Assembly: GCA_028023455.1 (NCBI GenBank)
Contig: JAQFVV010000003.1
Location: 9,238,001-9,302,000 of the forward strand
DNA length: 64,000 bases
Reading direction: 5' to 3'
Source: Epiperipatus broadwayi
Lineage: Eukaryota > Animalia > Onychophora
The notes beneath the pieces were generated by a model. The model did not search any database. It was not told the origin of the DNA and saw only the letters and a list, made by a program, of their open reading frames with translations. The translations under genes and the position numbers were made by a program. This document shows, piece after piece, positions 1-11,449 of this stretch (its first letter is position 1; each line of letters opens with the position of its first letter).

Positions 1-1339
1 GATCACATCCAGTTATGTTCAATAAATGAATACTTGGCTATTTTTTGTTATAAGTTCAAATATAGAAGAAAAAGCATAAAAACTCATATAAACAGGTGGT
101 TGCTGAAAATTTCTGAATTATAACTTCTCTTTCAGTATTAATAATTAGAGGGAATTGGGTGTAGCAACCTGCTTTCTTAACAAAATTTGCTTTCATAATA
201 GGAAAAAAATATCCATATGTATGTATTAGGTGACCGCTAGAAACCAGCCTTTATAACTCAAAAAAGTCTTATGGCAATAAAAATTAATAACAAAAAATAC
301 TTGATCATCATCTATGCATATATATTTTTATTAATTCACAAATTAATAAAAACTTTCCAATAAAATAAATTGCTTTGTGGCTTAATGAATGTCACTGCCA
401 TGACCATCATAAAGTAAGCTCAGCCCATAGAGAATCTAGGAATGATCCAATTTACAGTTTAGATGCTTGGCTATGAAAAATACAATCATATTACTATGTC
501 AGTGATATGCTTGATATTATTAGTGTTAATTTTACAATTGTCAGTTCTTACCACAATTTAATCCAAAAACTCTAACCAGCTCTGGTAACAATAAAATACT
601 GGAACTCTACACAGCTACCGCTGTAAGTAAATCTCTCAATGATAGTAAAGGGTTTCACCATAATATAGTTACTTCATGTTCAATGCATTGAAACACTTTT
701 GATGATTCAAATGAGAGGTTACTTGATCATTCAGCTTTCCTTTTATTGTAGATTATTTATTTAAAAAATTACTAGCTTCACATTAATTATGAACTCAAAA
801 ATAATGTATAGAAAAAGATAATACAGAAAGTCTGTCAGTAAGTTTCAACAAAAATGCTAAAATTCTTCACATCATAAAAAATGTATATTGTAAATGGAAA
901 GGCCTTGTAATGTAATGCACTTGTCTATCATATCTATTGCCTGGGTTTGAATGCACGTTGAGTAAAATTGGGATTTTTTTACATTTTAATAAGTTTAGAA
1001 TATTTTTTCCAGATAATTGAGCTATAGTAAACTCATGTAGTGATCCAAGCTAATCAATAAATAGATATCTAGTTATTGTTAGCTAGAAAGTAAAGCAGAA
1101 GTAAAAAAATAGCCAAACATTCATCCCTCCACAAATTGAAATTTTAAGTAAAAAAAAAAAATCTAATGATTTAGTTCTTAAGAATTTATAAGCACAAACA
1201 GCACTAGAATGATAGAGCTGGAGCCAGAATTCACAAACTTTGAACTCCAGAATCACCCATTCTACTACTGCACTAACCATGCAAGCAAATCTTAGTGAGT
1301 AATGTTTTTTTCTTTCAGGGGTGCTGCTAGAAAAATATT

Positions 1340-1656
1340 TGCTCTGAAAGCAGAAAGGATACAAATAATAAATTTGTGGAAGGATAAATATAAACAATGT
1401 GATTATACAGAAATTGAATTGTTGATTTTTATGCTGGGTTTGTAAAAAGATAAGGGGGATTTAGATATAAAGGCTATGGAGTTGACAAAGATTGTGTTGT
1501 GGAAATGGGATGGAGCAGATTAGAGAAAAATATGTGAAAACATAGGGTGGGGAATGGAAAGGGAAGGTAAAGTGGCTAACAGGTTTCTTCGGGCATAATG
1601 GCTGAGAGATTCCTGACTCTGTATAAGGAAAAGTCACAGTGCATCACATCACATCA
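1340..1656 (+). mobile_element. 5'-truncated 3' fragment of the RTE-X-like LINE family, ending in a (CACAT)n tail
   Basis: Aligns by eye to the reverse complement of 24143-24430 and to 61209-61458 (GTGATTATACAG...GGAGTTGACAAAGATT...AGTCACAGTGCATCACATCACATCA). The 5' boundary is approximate. Confidence 0.8.
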
Positions 1657-1879
1657 ATTAGTACAACCAAATAAAAATACTTGATTATTATTGGTGGAAT
1701 ATATCTCTTGGTTGCCCTTCGTTTAAAACAATTTATTCTACTTCACAATATTGAGAGTTTTGTAGTAAAGTTTATTGAGCCATTTATATTATCAAAATAC
1801 TTGGAAGAGTTATTATTGCTATTTAGTACCTTTAAAATATTTTTTATATTTACATTTAATTTATAAGGATTTACTAATA

Positions 1880-2910
1880 CGCTAAAACTAATTGCGTTAT
1901 GGTGAAACTTTTAAGTTTATTAATTAGTAGGCTTTTTTTTATCTATTCTATCTTTTAGACTTAGCACTTTCAGAGCCCTTGCAGCTCCATATTCATAGTC
2001 CTTTTCATATTGTTAACTATATGCAAATCACTTATATCATCTATTTTTTCGAAATTGCGAAGCACGTGTCCTTTCTGTTTATTGCTCTGGCATCGTTGGT
2101 GATGAAACATGCTTCTTTGACCTTCCTCTTGACATCGTTTCTTTCTGTGCATACAATGTCAGCCTTAGAGGATTCAAATTTGTGGTTGTGTTCCTGCTGA
2201 TGGTCAGCAAATACTGAGCTGCCTTCTTTTTTGGTTGTAGCTCTTGTGTATACATATTTATGCTGAGCCAGTCTATTGCCCACTGTGGCCCGAGTTTCCC
2301 CATATTAAACTGAATCACAACCTGTCTGCGGCACACAATTCTATAAACTACATGGAGGGTTTCTTTGATGTTTCTTTTGTCTTTGGTATTGTTGATGAGC
2401 CTATTGGTGTTTGGAGGGGTTCTGAATCCGAGTTTGAATTTCTTCTGTAATATTTTACTGAAGTTTTTTGTCATTGCAGGTATGTAGGATATAGTCAGAT
2501 GTTGTCTTTCTTCTTTTGTGTTCTGTTGCAGTCTTTTATAAAAGCTTTCAATCCTGTTGGTTATTGTTCTACAATTAAAACCCACACTTATTAAGTCCCT
2601 GATGTAGTTGGTGATGTTGTTTTTCTTGTCTGACTCTAATTTACATAGGTAGTGATTGCAAAATAAGAAGGCAGACAGCTCTGTGAGTTTTGTGTGATTT
2701 AGGGGATTTTGAGTGTGGATGGAAACAACCTCTAACTTGTAAGGGTTTAATTATCATAGAATAATTAAATGCCACACTCTCTCTATTGATTTTCAAATCG
2801 AGATACCTGATCATGTTTTGCTCATCTTCATATGTGCAATTAAACATAAGGTTGGAAAGAGTGTGGAGTTCATTTAAAATCTCTTTAGTTGAGTTTTCCG
2901 GTGCTGCCAT
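1880..2910 (-). mobile_element. Degenerate Penelope-like retroelement (RT thumb + GIY-YIG endonuclease + 3' hammerhead)
   Basis: ORF 2641-2910 contains IRYLDLKIN...KP...HPHSKSPKSHK (PLE RT thumb). ORFs 2079-2585 and 2041-2283 contain LINNTKDK...VVYRIVC...NRLAQH (GIY-YIG region). Frameshifted; boundaries approximate. Confidence 0.8.
1957..2001 (-). ncRNA. Minimal type-I hammerhead ribozyme motif, A3-U8 core variant
   Basis: Minus strand reads GGACT ATGAATA T GGAGC tgcaagg GCTCT GAAA GTGC T A AGTCT. Stem I GGACT/AGTCT, stem II GGAGC/GCTCT, GAAA, near-palindromic stem III AGTGCT, cleavage triplet CUA. It lies just 3' of the PLE coding remnant. Confidence 0.7.
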
Positions 2911-4584
2911 TTCGCTACATAATAATATAAGTTTTTTTAAATATAAATTTCCATATCAGTTTTCCTCTCATTTACATTCTGCAAATATCAGCTTAATAAA
3001 TGACATAATGCTTACAAGAGGAAAAAAGATGGGTAAAGCAGATTTTAAATAGCCACTGCAGGCCAAGGACATTTTAAACCTCCTCTCATATGAGAAAGCA
3101 GTACTCCCACCAGTCATCCTAATTGCTGTGGCATGGTCAGATTTTGAATTGTTTTTCATAGTATATTACTGTCCACTTAAGAATAATTAATACCCATGTA
3201 CTGAACAATGTATTGATGTTAGCTGGGTTGGCTTATATAGGAAATAAACTCCTTTAAATTATTTTTACTACTGCATATGTATGTGTATATATATATAAAC
3301 TATTGAGCAAAACCTCAAAAATAATGCTAAAGAATTTGAGGATTTAATCAACAAAATGACAATCTTATTAAAACTTGGAAGTTTTTTTTAGCCAATCATA
3401 TTTATGATCTGAGTTTCAAATTTAAGTTGATGCCAGTAATTTTTCAGGTTATTGAGAAATTCCTTAAATAAACTCATCAATAACTAACTCAGGTAATTTT
3501 AGATATTCATCCAATAATTAAGTCAGGTAACTGTAACATGTTAGTCTGTAAATAAATCTGTAGCCAGTTTTTGATGGAAGTTACATATGTTAAGTAGACA
3601 ATTGGTGTTACAGTTAAATGATAACACTAAAATGCTCACAATTGCTTGATACTCTCTTAGTGTGACTTCTTTTTGCATGTCAATATGAGCACTTTTTTAC
3701 CAGGCAGCAATAAAAATCAAACTAATTATAACTGATTTTAAATGCATGGATTTTATCTGTTTCTAAATAAATTAACAAGATCCAAAAAAAGACAGTATCA
3801 CATTTGTGTAATATATGTTTTAAACTACTAGGTTGAGTTAAAGGAATATGGTAATGCTTTTTGTCCACATATTAAAACTCTATAAAGATGTTATATAGTG
3901 TATAGTAATTAGTACATCTGTTTGGAATGCTTACAATTTCCAAGTAAAATGAATTTTTTCTGTAAATAAGAATTTTTATTGAGCAAATATGATTTTTTTC
4001 TTCAAATATTCAGTTCATAACCAATTAGCTATCTAATAATTAAGTTGGTAAATGGGTATTCAGCTATTTATAGTGGAAAAATAAAATTAATCTGGTAGGT
4101 CAGATAACTGTTGATGTGCAATTTATAAAATAAAGTTGTACTAATAGTTTAGATCTTTTTCCCAATTGATGAAAGGGTGTCATGCTACTATGGCATTAAA
4201 ACATTTTTGGATAGCATTAATCAATCTAAGCAATATTTTACTTGATTGACAAATGGTGAGTTCAAATAATAAAGCTTACAAAATTGAGTTAAATATTGAT
4301 ATATCTAGTGCATATTTACTTTCCATATGACTAATTAAAAACAAAGAAAAACTTGATAATTATAAAATATCCATTAATATTACTATTATTAAAAGAATGA
4401 TATGATAACTGTGTCTTCTTTTAATATAAATAAAAACATCTCTAAAGCTTTTCAGATTATTGGAAAGTAACTAAGAATTATAAATTAGATTCTAAATATC
4501 AATTTATGAAATTTTGAGCTGGTGACTCAAATTGTCACGTATTGAGCCAAAAATTCTAATTTGATTCTGAATGAGAGTGGCAAC

Positions 4585-7490
4585 TTACTAACTGCAAATA
4601 TCTAATAAATTAATATTAAAATTAAGAATGCTAATAAACAGAGACAGGCATATATATATATTGTATAGATCTTAAAACTTACCTTATATGGAAATAAATT
4701 CATAAGCAATTAATTAATTGTATAGATCTTAAAACTTAGATTATATGGAAATAAATTCATAAGACATTAATTAATTGTATAGATGTTAAAATACACTTTA
4801 CATAAATAAATTCCTAAGAGAAATTTATTTGTACGATAACAAATGATAAATCTAATTACTTCAGAAAAGATAAGATAAAACAAAAGAAGAAGAGGATATT
4901 AAAAGCTAAAAAAAGGACTGGGGCTTTTTCTATGGTAGCTTCTATTGGCATTGTGGCCATGAGTTAAAGAGTAGTGAAGATCATCATCAGAGGACTTCAT
5001 TTCCAGAATCTCAGCTCCTGTAATCAACAAGCTGATTAGGACTTTTAGCAGTCTGTCTCAGTCTTATTATTATATTGAACACCTCAAGAGACTTTTCGAG
5101 GGTGGAATGACTACAGATGCTAGTGAAGGTATAATGAATAACAGTTTACCTATTTTATATAAACATTATTTGTTATTCAGTAGTTAAATTGTGGAATTAG
5201 GTTTGCTCAAGTGCAGATTGTATATTTATATTGAAGATCCATCTAGTAACTTTTTTTAATTGTTAATAAATTGTTACTGCTAAATATATATGTGTGTTTC
5301 TGTCTGTCATGTTAATTGTATATTTTGTTTGTTGGTCACCCAGTTGTAATCAGGGACATAGCAAATTATTGACACAATTGACAGGATCCTAGGGAAATAA
5401 GAGAGAGTTAAAGTCATTAGTAAGTTAGTGGCAGTCAGAATTGGAATTTAACAGACAAAAGTTAGCAGGAAAATTTATTTACATTAATCAATCATGAGTG
5501 CTTTTGGACAGAATAGCATACTGGAATTCAAGTTAATAATGTGTTTAAATCACCATTATATATTACACAGTTAGAAGAACTTCTTTACATTGAATGATAT
5601 TGCAAATAACAAAAGAAAAGTAGTGGCACTTATGTGATTCGTTGATATAAAAATGATAGAAATCATAAATAGATTATTTGAGTTACCTATTGTAGAGAAA
5701 ATAAAGTATGAGGATCTAATAGAGAAATTAAGACAGCATTTCAGTCATTATGGCACATAGCTCACATAATCTTGTGAAGAAGGAAGCATCTGGATGGTGA
5801 AAAAATTAAAGAGTATAGCTCAGCTTTTAGGGAATTGACTAAAGGCTGTGGTTATCGGGAGTTTGTGGATGAAATACCCATGAACAAGTTATTATGGGGT
5901 ATGTCTGATGATAGGCTCAGATAACAATTTCTCACAGAATCTGAGATCATATACAAGATGGCTATTAAGAAAGGGGTAGTATATGAATTAATGCTTGAAC
6001 AGGTTCAGGTTTTTAGCAATAAAATGGATGAAAACCCTAGAATGAGTGTGTTTAAGACAGAACAGGAAAAGATCTTGCCATGGAAAACTGAGAGCATGAT
6101 TTGTTGCAGAAAAAGAGGTCACATATCAAAAGAATGCAAGCGGCTCAAAGAAATATGCTTTAAATGTGGCAAAAAGGGGTATTTAGCATGTTATATGTAA
6201 TTGAAAAGGCAAAAGTAAATTGCCACCAATGCAAGAAAATAGGGGAGGTTACCATATAGTTCAAAACATGGGCATCCACATGTTAAATCAGTAAGTGATG
6301 AAGCTGATGCTTTGTGGCAAAGAAGTGTCAATGGAAATTGATAGTGGGTCAGGTATTTTTCTAATGTCACTAATAGACTGGCTGTCACTGGCACTGGCTA
6401 ACACGGAAAGTAAAATAGACAAAATTAACATTAGAGCACTAGATGTAAATGGAAACATGCTTAGATTAATAAGCTGAGTGACAGCACCCATTAACCATTG
6501 TGGTGAAAAAGGGAATCTACCCCTATCCCTAGTCAAAGGGAAGATCAGTCCCAAAGTTGAGAGGGAGTGGTTCCACAAAATAAATATACAAATTAACATT
6601 AGTAGAAAAATCCCTTTTGAACAGGAAATGATACATAAATACTCTGACTTATGCCATGAAGAATGGTGATTAATTAATATGAGCCAGGGGGATAAACAGT
6701 TGCAGAAAAATGTGTGATTGTTTGTCTACAAACCTAATAAAATTCCTTTCACTCCAAAAACTGTAGAAATGCCAGACAGTGACAGTGAAAGAAATAGTAG
6801 CTCTGGGAAGGGTTGGCCATATATTAAGCCACCTTCACCAGCAACAAGAAATCATGAAGAGAAAAATAGAATCTTTTCAAAAAGAGATTAGAGTTTTAAA
6901 AAACGAAGTAGACATTTATAAAACAGAAAGTGCAAAAAATGAAAATATACAAATAATGGGCCAAAAAAGAGAATTTATATATAGTTGGTGACAGAGTTTG
7001 GGTTTGAGACATAATTTGGAAGAAATGGGTTAAAGAAATAATCATAAAAATGTTATCAAAAATACTAGTAATCATCCAAAAACATGATGGAACAACATAC
7101 AGAAGACATATAAATCATGTCTGCTAATTGATTTGAGGAAGATTGCCAAATTGCATTGTCCATATCAAAAGAGGAAACCCAGAAAGTACAAGACATAGCT
7201 GAACTGACACCACAGGAAATAGTAATCGAGGAGGAAGATCAAAAACCAGAAAGCAGTGATAGTGAACCTGAAAGTAGGGAACAGGAACTGCAATTAATGC
7301 CAAAGCTGATCATAATAACAACTATATTACCCAGACCCACACATCAGATATAAAGACTTACCAAATTCAATGACTATATATAAGCCTAAACAATTTTTTG
7401 GAGTAAGGGGGGGAGTGCAAAATATGTAATTAATTAATATTAAAATTAAGAATGCTGCTAAATAAATCGATAAAAAGATCATCATCAGAG
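4585..7490 (+). mobile_element. Internally deleted Ty3/Gypsy LTR retrotransposon remnant (gag, two CCHC knuckles, protease, integrase tail, PPT, partial LTRs)
   Basis: 5958-6200 CRKRGHISKEC...CFKCGKKGY (zinc knuckles); 6295-6477 MEIDSGS (aspartic protease); 6980-7130 VGDRVWV...YRRHINHV (integrase C-terminus); PPT GGAGTAAGGGGGGAG at about 7400-7415. The sequence after the PPT (TAATATTAAAATTAAGAATGCT; AAGATCATCATCAGAGG) recurs at about 4611 and 4977. No RT core seen. Confidence 0.75.
4661..4830. repeat. Three-copy tandem repeat of about 57 bp in the putative 5' LTR
   Basis: TTGTATAGATCTTAAAACTT...GGAAATAAATTCATAAG...TTAATTAA occurs three times; the third copy is diverged. Confidence 0.85.
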
Positions 7491-8021
7491 GTTTATTGAG
7501 AGTCACTAATAATTATAAATTAGATTCTAAAAATTGGCACATATTGAGCCAAAAATTCTAGTTTGATTCTGGATGAGACCATGTTAAGTTTTTTTTATTG
7601 GTATTTTCTCATTTTTGATTGATATCAGTGGAAAAAAATTCTAAAGATTAAGTTATGTTAATGGTGGGGTTAGGTTACAATTTTATTCTCAATTGTCAGC
7701 ACCTGGCAATGAAAAAATGTTTTCAGAATGACTTGTTGTTTGTTTTCAGGCTACTTAAAGCCACATTTATTTCTGCAATAACAAGTCAATCTTCATCATT
7801 TCAAAATTTTCCATCGTCCACTTTTCCTTTTCTGAATCCTGTGCACTTTTTTTTATTATTAATTACAATATTTCATAGTATAGCTAAAATATATATAAAA
7901 AATTCATTCTGGCTGTTTGTGCTTCAATTTTAATCTATCAAACAACTGTTTTGATTAGATATTTGTTTTGCTGCCCATGTGATACCTCAAAATTCTTTCC
8001 AGTACCATAATCCAAAAGGAG

Positions 8022-8055
<34 letters not shown>

Positions 8056-8121
8056 TTATAAATAAATATTTGAAAATACAGTATTTAATAGTTTATAAAA
8101 AATATATGTATAACCATCACT

Positions 8122-8159
8122 TAGAAGTGCTTTCAACTAACTTGTAGCTTTGTCAACTA
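8122..8159 (-). ncRNA. Minimal type-I hammerhead motif, U3-A8 core variant (left arm)
   Basis: TAG TTGACAA AGCTA caagt TAGTT GAAA GCAC T T CTA: stem I TAG/CTA, stem II AGCTA/TAGTT, stem III AGCACT, triplet CUU. Confidence 0.65.
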
Positions 8160-9747
8160 TCACTTTTAAAAAATGTCAGCTTTCCCATAATTCTACAATG
8201 TCAATCTTCCCATAATTCTGTGATCTTAATGTTTGCTGCTTGCCTATTAATTAAATCTTGCTTATATTTATAAATTAACATTGCCTCTTTAATTTTCCTT
8301 TTATTATTATTTCTTTCAGTTTCCAATATTTTTATGTTGTTATAATTAAAATCAAAACTATATACACATGATTTATTATGGTCATAAAAAACAGAAGCTG
8401 ATAAAGTATCATTATTTTTAAAATTTTGTCTTGTATTTTGAACCCTTTTAAATAATAATATGTGCTCTTTTGTTCTTTTTTCCAATGTGCACCTCGATTC
8501 ACCTATATATTTACTGCCACACCTACATGTCCATTTGTAAATAATACAATTTTTATTTATCAATAGAGTTTTATCTTCTGAATTGTTTATTAATTTATTT
8601 AATGTAGGTGCATAAAGTGCAATATCACATATTCCTTTATAAATTTTCTTAATGAAACTTGCCTGTTGATTTGAAATATATAGTATTGATATCCATAGTT
8701 TTTTATCAGAAGAATTAACATTATTATTAATATTTTTATATTTAGAAGTAAAATTTTTAATAGTATAATAAACACAATCATAATTGTATCCAACATTTAA
8801 CAATTCATTATAATAAATTTCAATATTTTTAGTTTTATCTGATGCATATTTACAAAGGTTATCATTTCTAAATAAAAAGGATTTCAAACCTGCCATTTTA
8901 TGTGACATTGGTACTTTTGATTCATATGGAATATTATGTGATATTGGTACTTTTGATTCATATGGAATATATATTCCATATGAATCAAAAGTACCAATGT
9001 CACATAAAATGGCAGGTTTGAAATCCTTTTTATTTAGAAATGATAACCTTTGTAAATATGCATCAGATAAAACTAAAAATATTGAAATTTATTATAATGA
9101 ATTGTTAAATGTTGGATACGATTATGATTGTGTTTATTATACTATTAAAAATTTTACTTCTAAATATAAAAATATTAATAATAATGTTAATTCTTCTGAT
9201 AAAAAACTATGGATATCAATACCATATATTTCAAATCAACAGGCAAGATTCATTAAAAAAAATTATAAAGGAATATGTGATATTGCATTTTATGCACCAC
9301 CTACATTAAATAAATTAATAAACAATTCAAAAGATAAACTCTATTGATAAATAAAAATTGTATCATTTACAAATGGACATGTAGGTGTGGCAGTAAATAT
9401 ATAGGTGAATCGAGGTGCACATTGGAAAAAAGAACAAAAGAGCACATATTATTATTTAAAAGGGTTCAAAATACAAGACAAAATTTTAAAAATAATGATA
9501 CTTTATCAGCTTCTGTTTTTTATGACCATAATAAATCATGTGTATATGGTTTTGATTTTAATTATAACAATGTAAAAATATTGGAAACTGAAAGAAATAA
9601 TAATAAAAGAAAAATTAAAGAGGCAATGTTAATTTATAAATATAAGCAAGATTTAATTAATAGGCAAGCAGCAAACGTTAAGATCACAGAATTATGGGAA
9701 GATTGACATCGTGGAATTATGAGAAAGCTGACATTTTTTAAAAGTGA

Positions 9748-9785
9748 TAGTTGACAAAGCTACAAGTTAGTTGAAAGTGCTTCTA
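9748..9785 (+). ncRNA. Minimal type-I hammerhead motif, U3-A8 core variant (right arm)
   Basis: TAG TTGACAA AGCTA caagt TAGTT GAAA GTGC T T CTA. GTGC here and GCAC in the left arm both derive from palindromic GCGC by a single CpG transition. Confidence 0.65.
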
Positions 9786-10064
9786 AGTGACAGTTATACA
9801 TATATTTTTTTATAAACTATTAAATACTGTATTTTCAAATATTTATTTATAAATTTACATATATTATTTTGAAGAAATACAGACATCGATTTGTAATATA
9901 TATATATATTAAAAATAATTCAATAAAAATTATTTAATAAGACAACTTTTATAATAATATTATGTTTAATAAACCTCACCAACCCAGATTTCACCCCTAT
10001 ATTGGAGCCTTATCAAGATGTAAGTACATTTAAAGTTATATTATAATTCTTTCTATTTTATATA

Positions 10065-11405
10065 TAGGGTAGCCCAAAAGGTTTACAGTTATTAAACTGG
10101 TTGAAGTTACTTGCTTAGTAATACCAATATAAAACATTCCTCAGAGTATAAATCTAACTTACATAAACAGCTTTTTCCTTGGTGATTGTAATTTATTTTA
10201 TTATGTAATACTAACTTTTTACTTGATGATAATTTTTTATTTCAGGATTAATGGCGAACAATTTAAATCAAGAGCAAAGGAAATGGATATTAAAGCAGTA
10301 TTGGAAATCTGAAAATGCCGAGATGGTACATACAGCATGGCAAGAAACTTTTAATACTTCTCCACCTTCATGACAAACAATTTATCATCTAAGGAAAAAT
10401 TTGATGAAACAGGTTCAGTGAGTAATGCACCGAAATCTGGACATCTTAAAACTTCTGACACCAAAGAAAATGAAATGTTAGTGGCTATGACATTTGTGAA
10501 CAGTCCAAGGAAATCCACACAACGTGCTTCTGCAGAACTATCCTTACCAAGAACATCATTGCAACGCTTAATGCATAAACTAAAATTAAAACCTTACCGA
10601 CCAAGACTAGTACATGGTCTTTTAAAAGTTCTGCGATATGATGCATAATCAATTTACTGGAGAAGAACGTGACTCATTGGATAAAATTATTTGGTCAGAT
10701 GAGGCTTGCTTTAAATTATCTGGTTATGTGAACAGGCATAAGTGTGTGTACTGGGTTGATGAAAATCCCCATTTGACCATAGAGACTGAACTAAAACCAA
10801 CCTGGCATTACAGTTTGGGGTGCATTATCAAGCAAAGGTATTGTTGGGCCCATTTTTTTTAATAGAACTGTAAATGGAGAGAACTACCTGGATATGCTTT
10901 GTGAAGTAGTAGTGCCACAACTCAAAACTAAACCTAACTTTGATGAACTTTTCTTTCAGCAGGATGGAGCACCTCCACATTATGCGTCTACAGTAAGAGA
11001 CTACTTTAACCAAGTTTTTCCACAGCATTGGTTTGGAAGAAGGGGCAGCATCGAATGGCCACCACGTTCACCTGATCTGACACCTATGGATTTCTTTTTT
11101 TGGGGTGTTGTTAAGAACAAGGTTTATGAGAAGAAACCCAAAACAATAAATGATTTAAAAGATTACATTCATCTTGCATTCATAGAAATTGATGAAGAGC
11201 GGAATTTATGCCGCACTGTGTGTCAGAGTGTCCTGGAGAGATTTGAAGAATGTTGCAATGTTGAAGGAGGATATTTTGAGCACCTGAGAGATTAAATTGT
11301 TTATGTTTATGTTAACAGCTATAATGAATTTCCTGCTGTTCTAGTGTCGAATTTTCAAATAAATAGTCTACGTGATAACTGTAAACCTACTTTTGGGCCA
11401 CCCTG
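10065..11405 (+). mobile_element. Tc1/mariner DD41D (rosa/Visitor-type) transposon with decayed transposase
   Basis: TIRs (C/T)AGGGT(G/A)GCCCAAAAG(TA)GGTTTACAGTTAT with TA on both sides. Transposase from ATG 10251 to stop 11295, with TGA at 10371 and frameshifts. Motifs WSDEACF, QQDGAPPHY and WPPRSPDLTPMD; 41 residues counted between the 2nd and 3rd catalytic Asp. Confidence 0.92.
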
Positions 11406-11449
11406 TATATATATATTCTTTTTCATTGTTGAATATTTGCTTTCATGAA

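Larger units (their letters stand above)
8045..9892. mobile_element. Fold-back (head-to-head) Penelope insertion: two 5'-truncated GIY-YIG arms joined at a perfect palindrome centre (8970/8971)
   Basis: ORF 8201-8908 (-) and ORFs 8997-9347 and 9344-9706 (+) encode the same protein (IIYKWTCRCGSKYIGESRCTLEKRTKEH...KRKIKEAMLI). Centre GGAATAT|ATATTCC. Arms differ by roughly a dozen substitutions and small indels. Confidence 0.93.

Noticed and set aside
545-622. Open 78-nt segment between CAG and GTAAGT as an upstream exon
   Set aside because: The peptide FLPQFNPK...TATA has no resemblance to alpha2/delta N-terminal exons.
4661-4830. CRISPR-like array
   Set aside because: Head-to-tail tandem units without unique spacers, in a eukaryotic LTR context.
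9942-10019. Open 78-nt hydrophobic segment ending at a GTAAGT donor
   Set aside because: No in-frame ATG (stop at 9924), weak acceptor and no family similarity.
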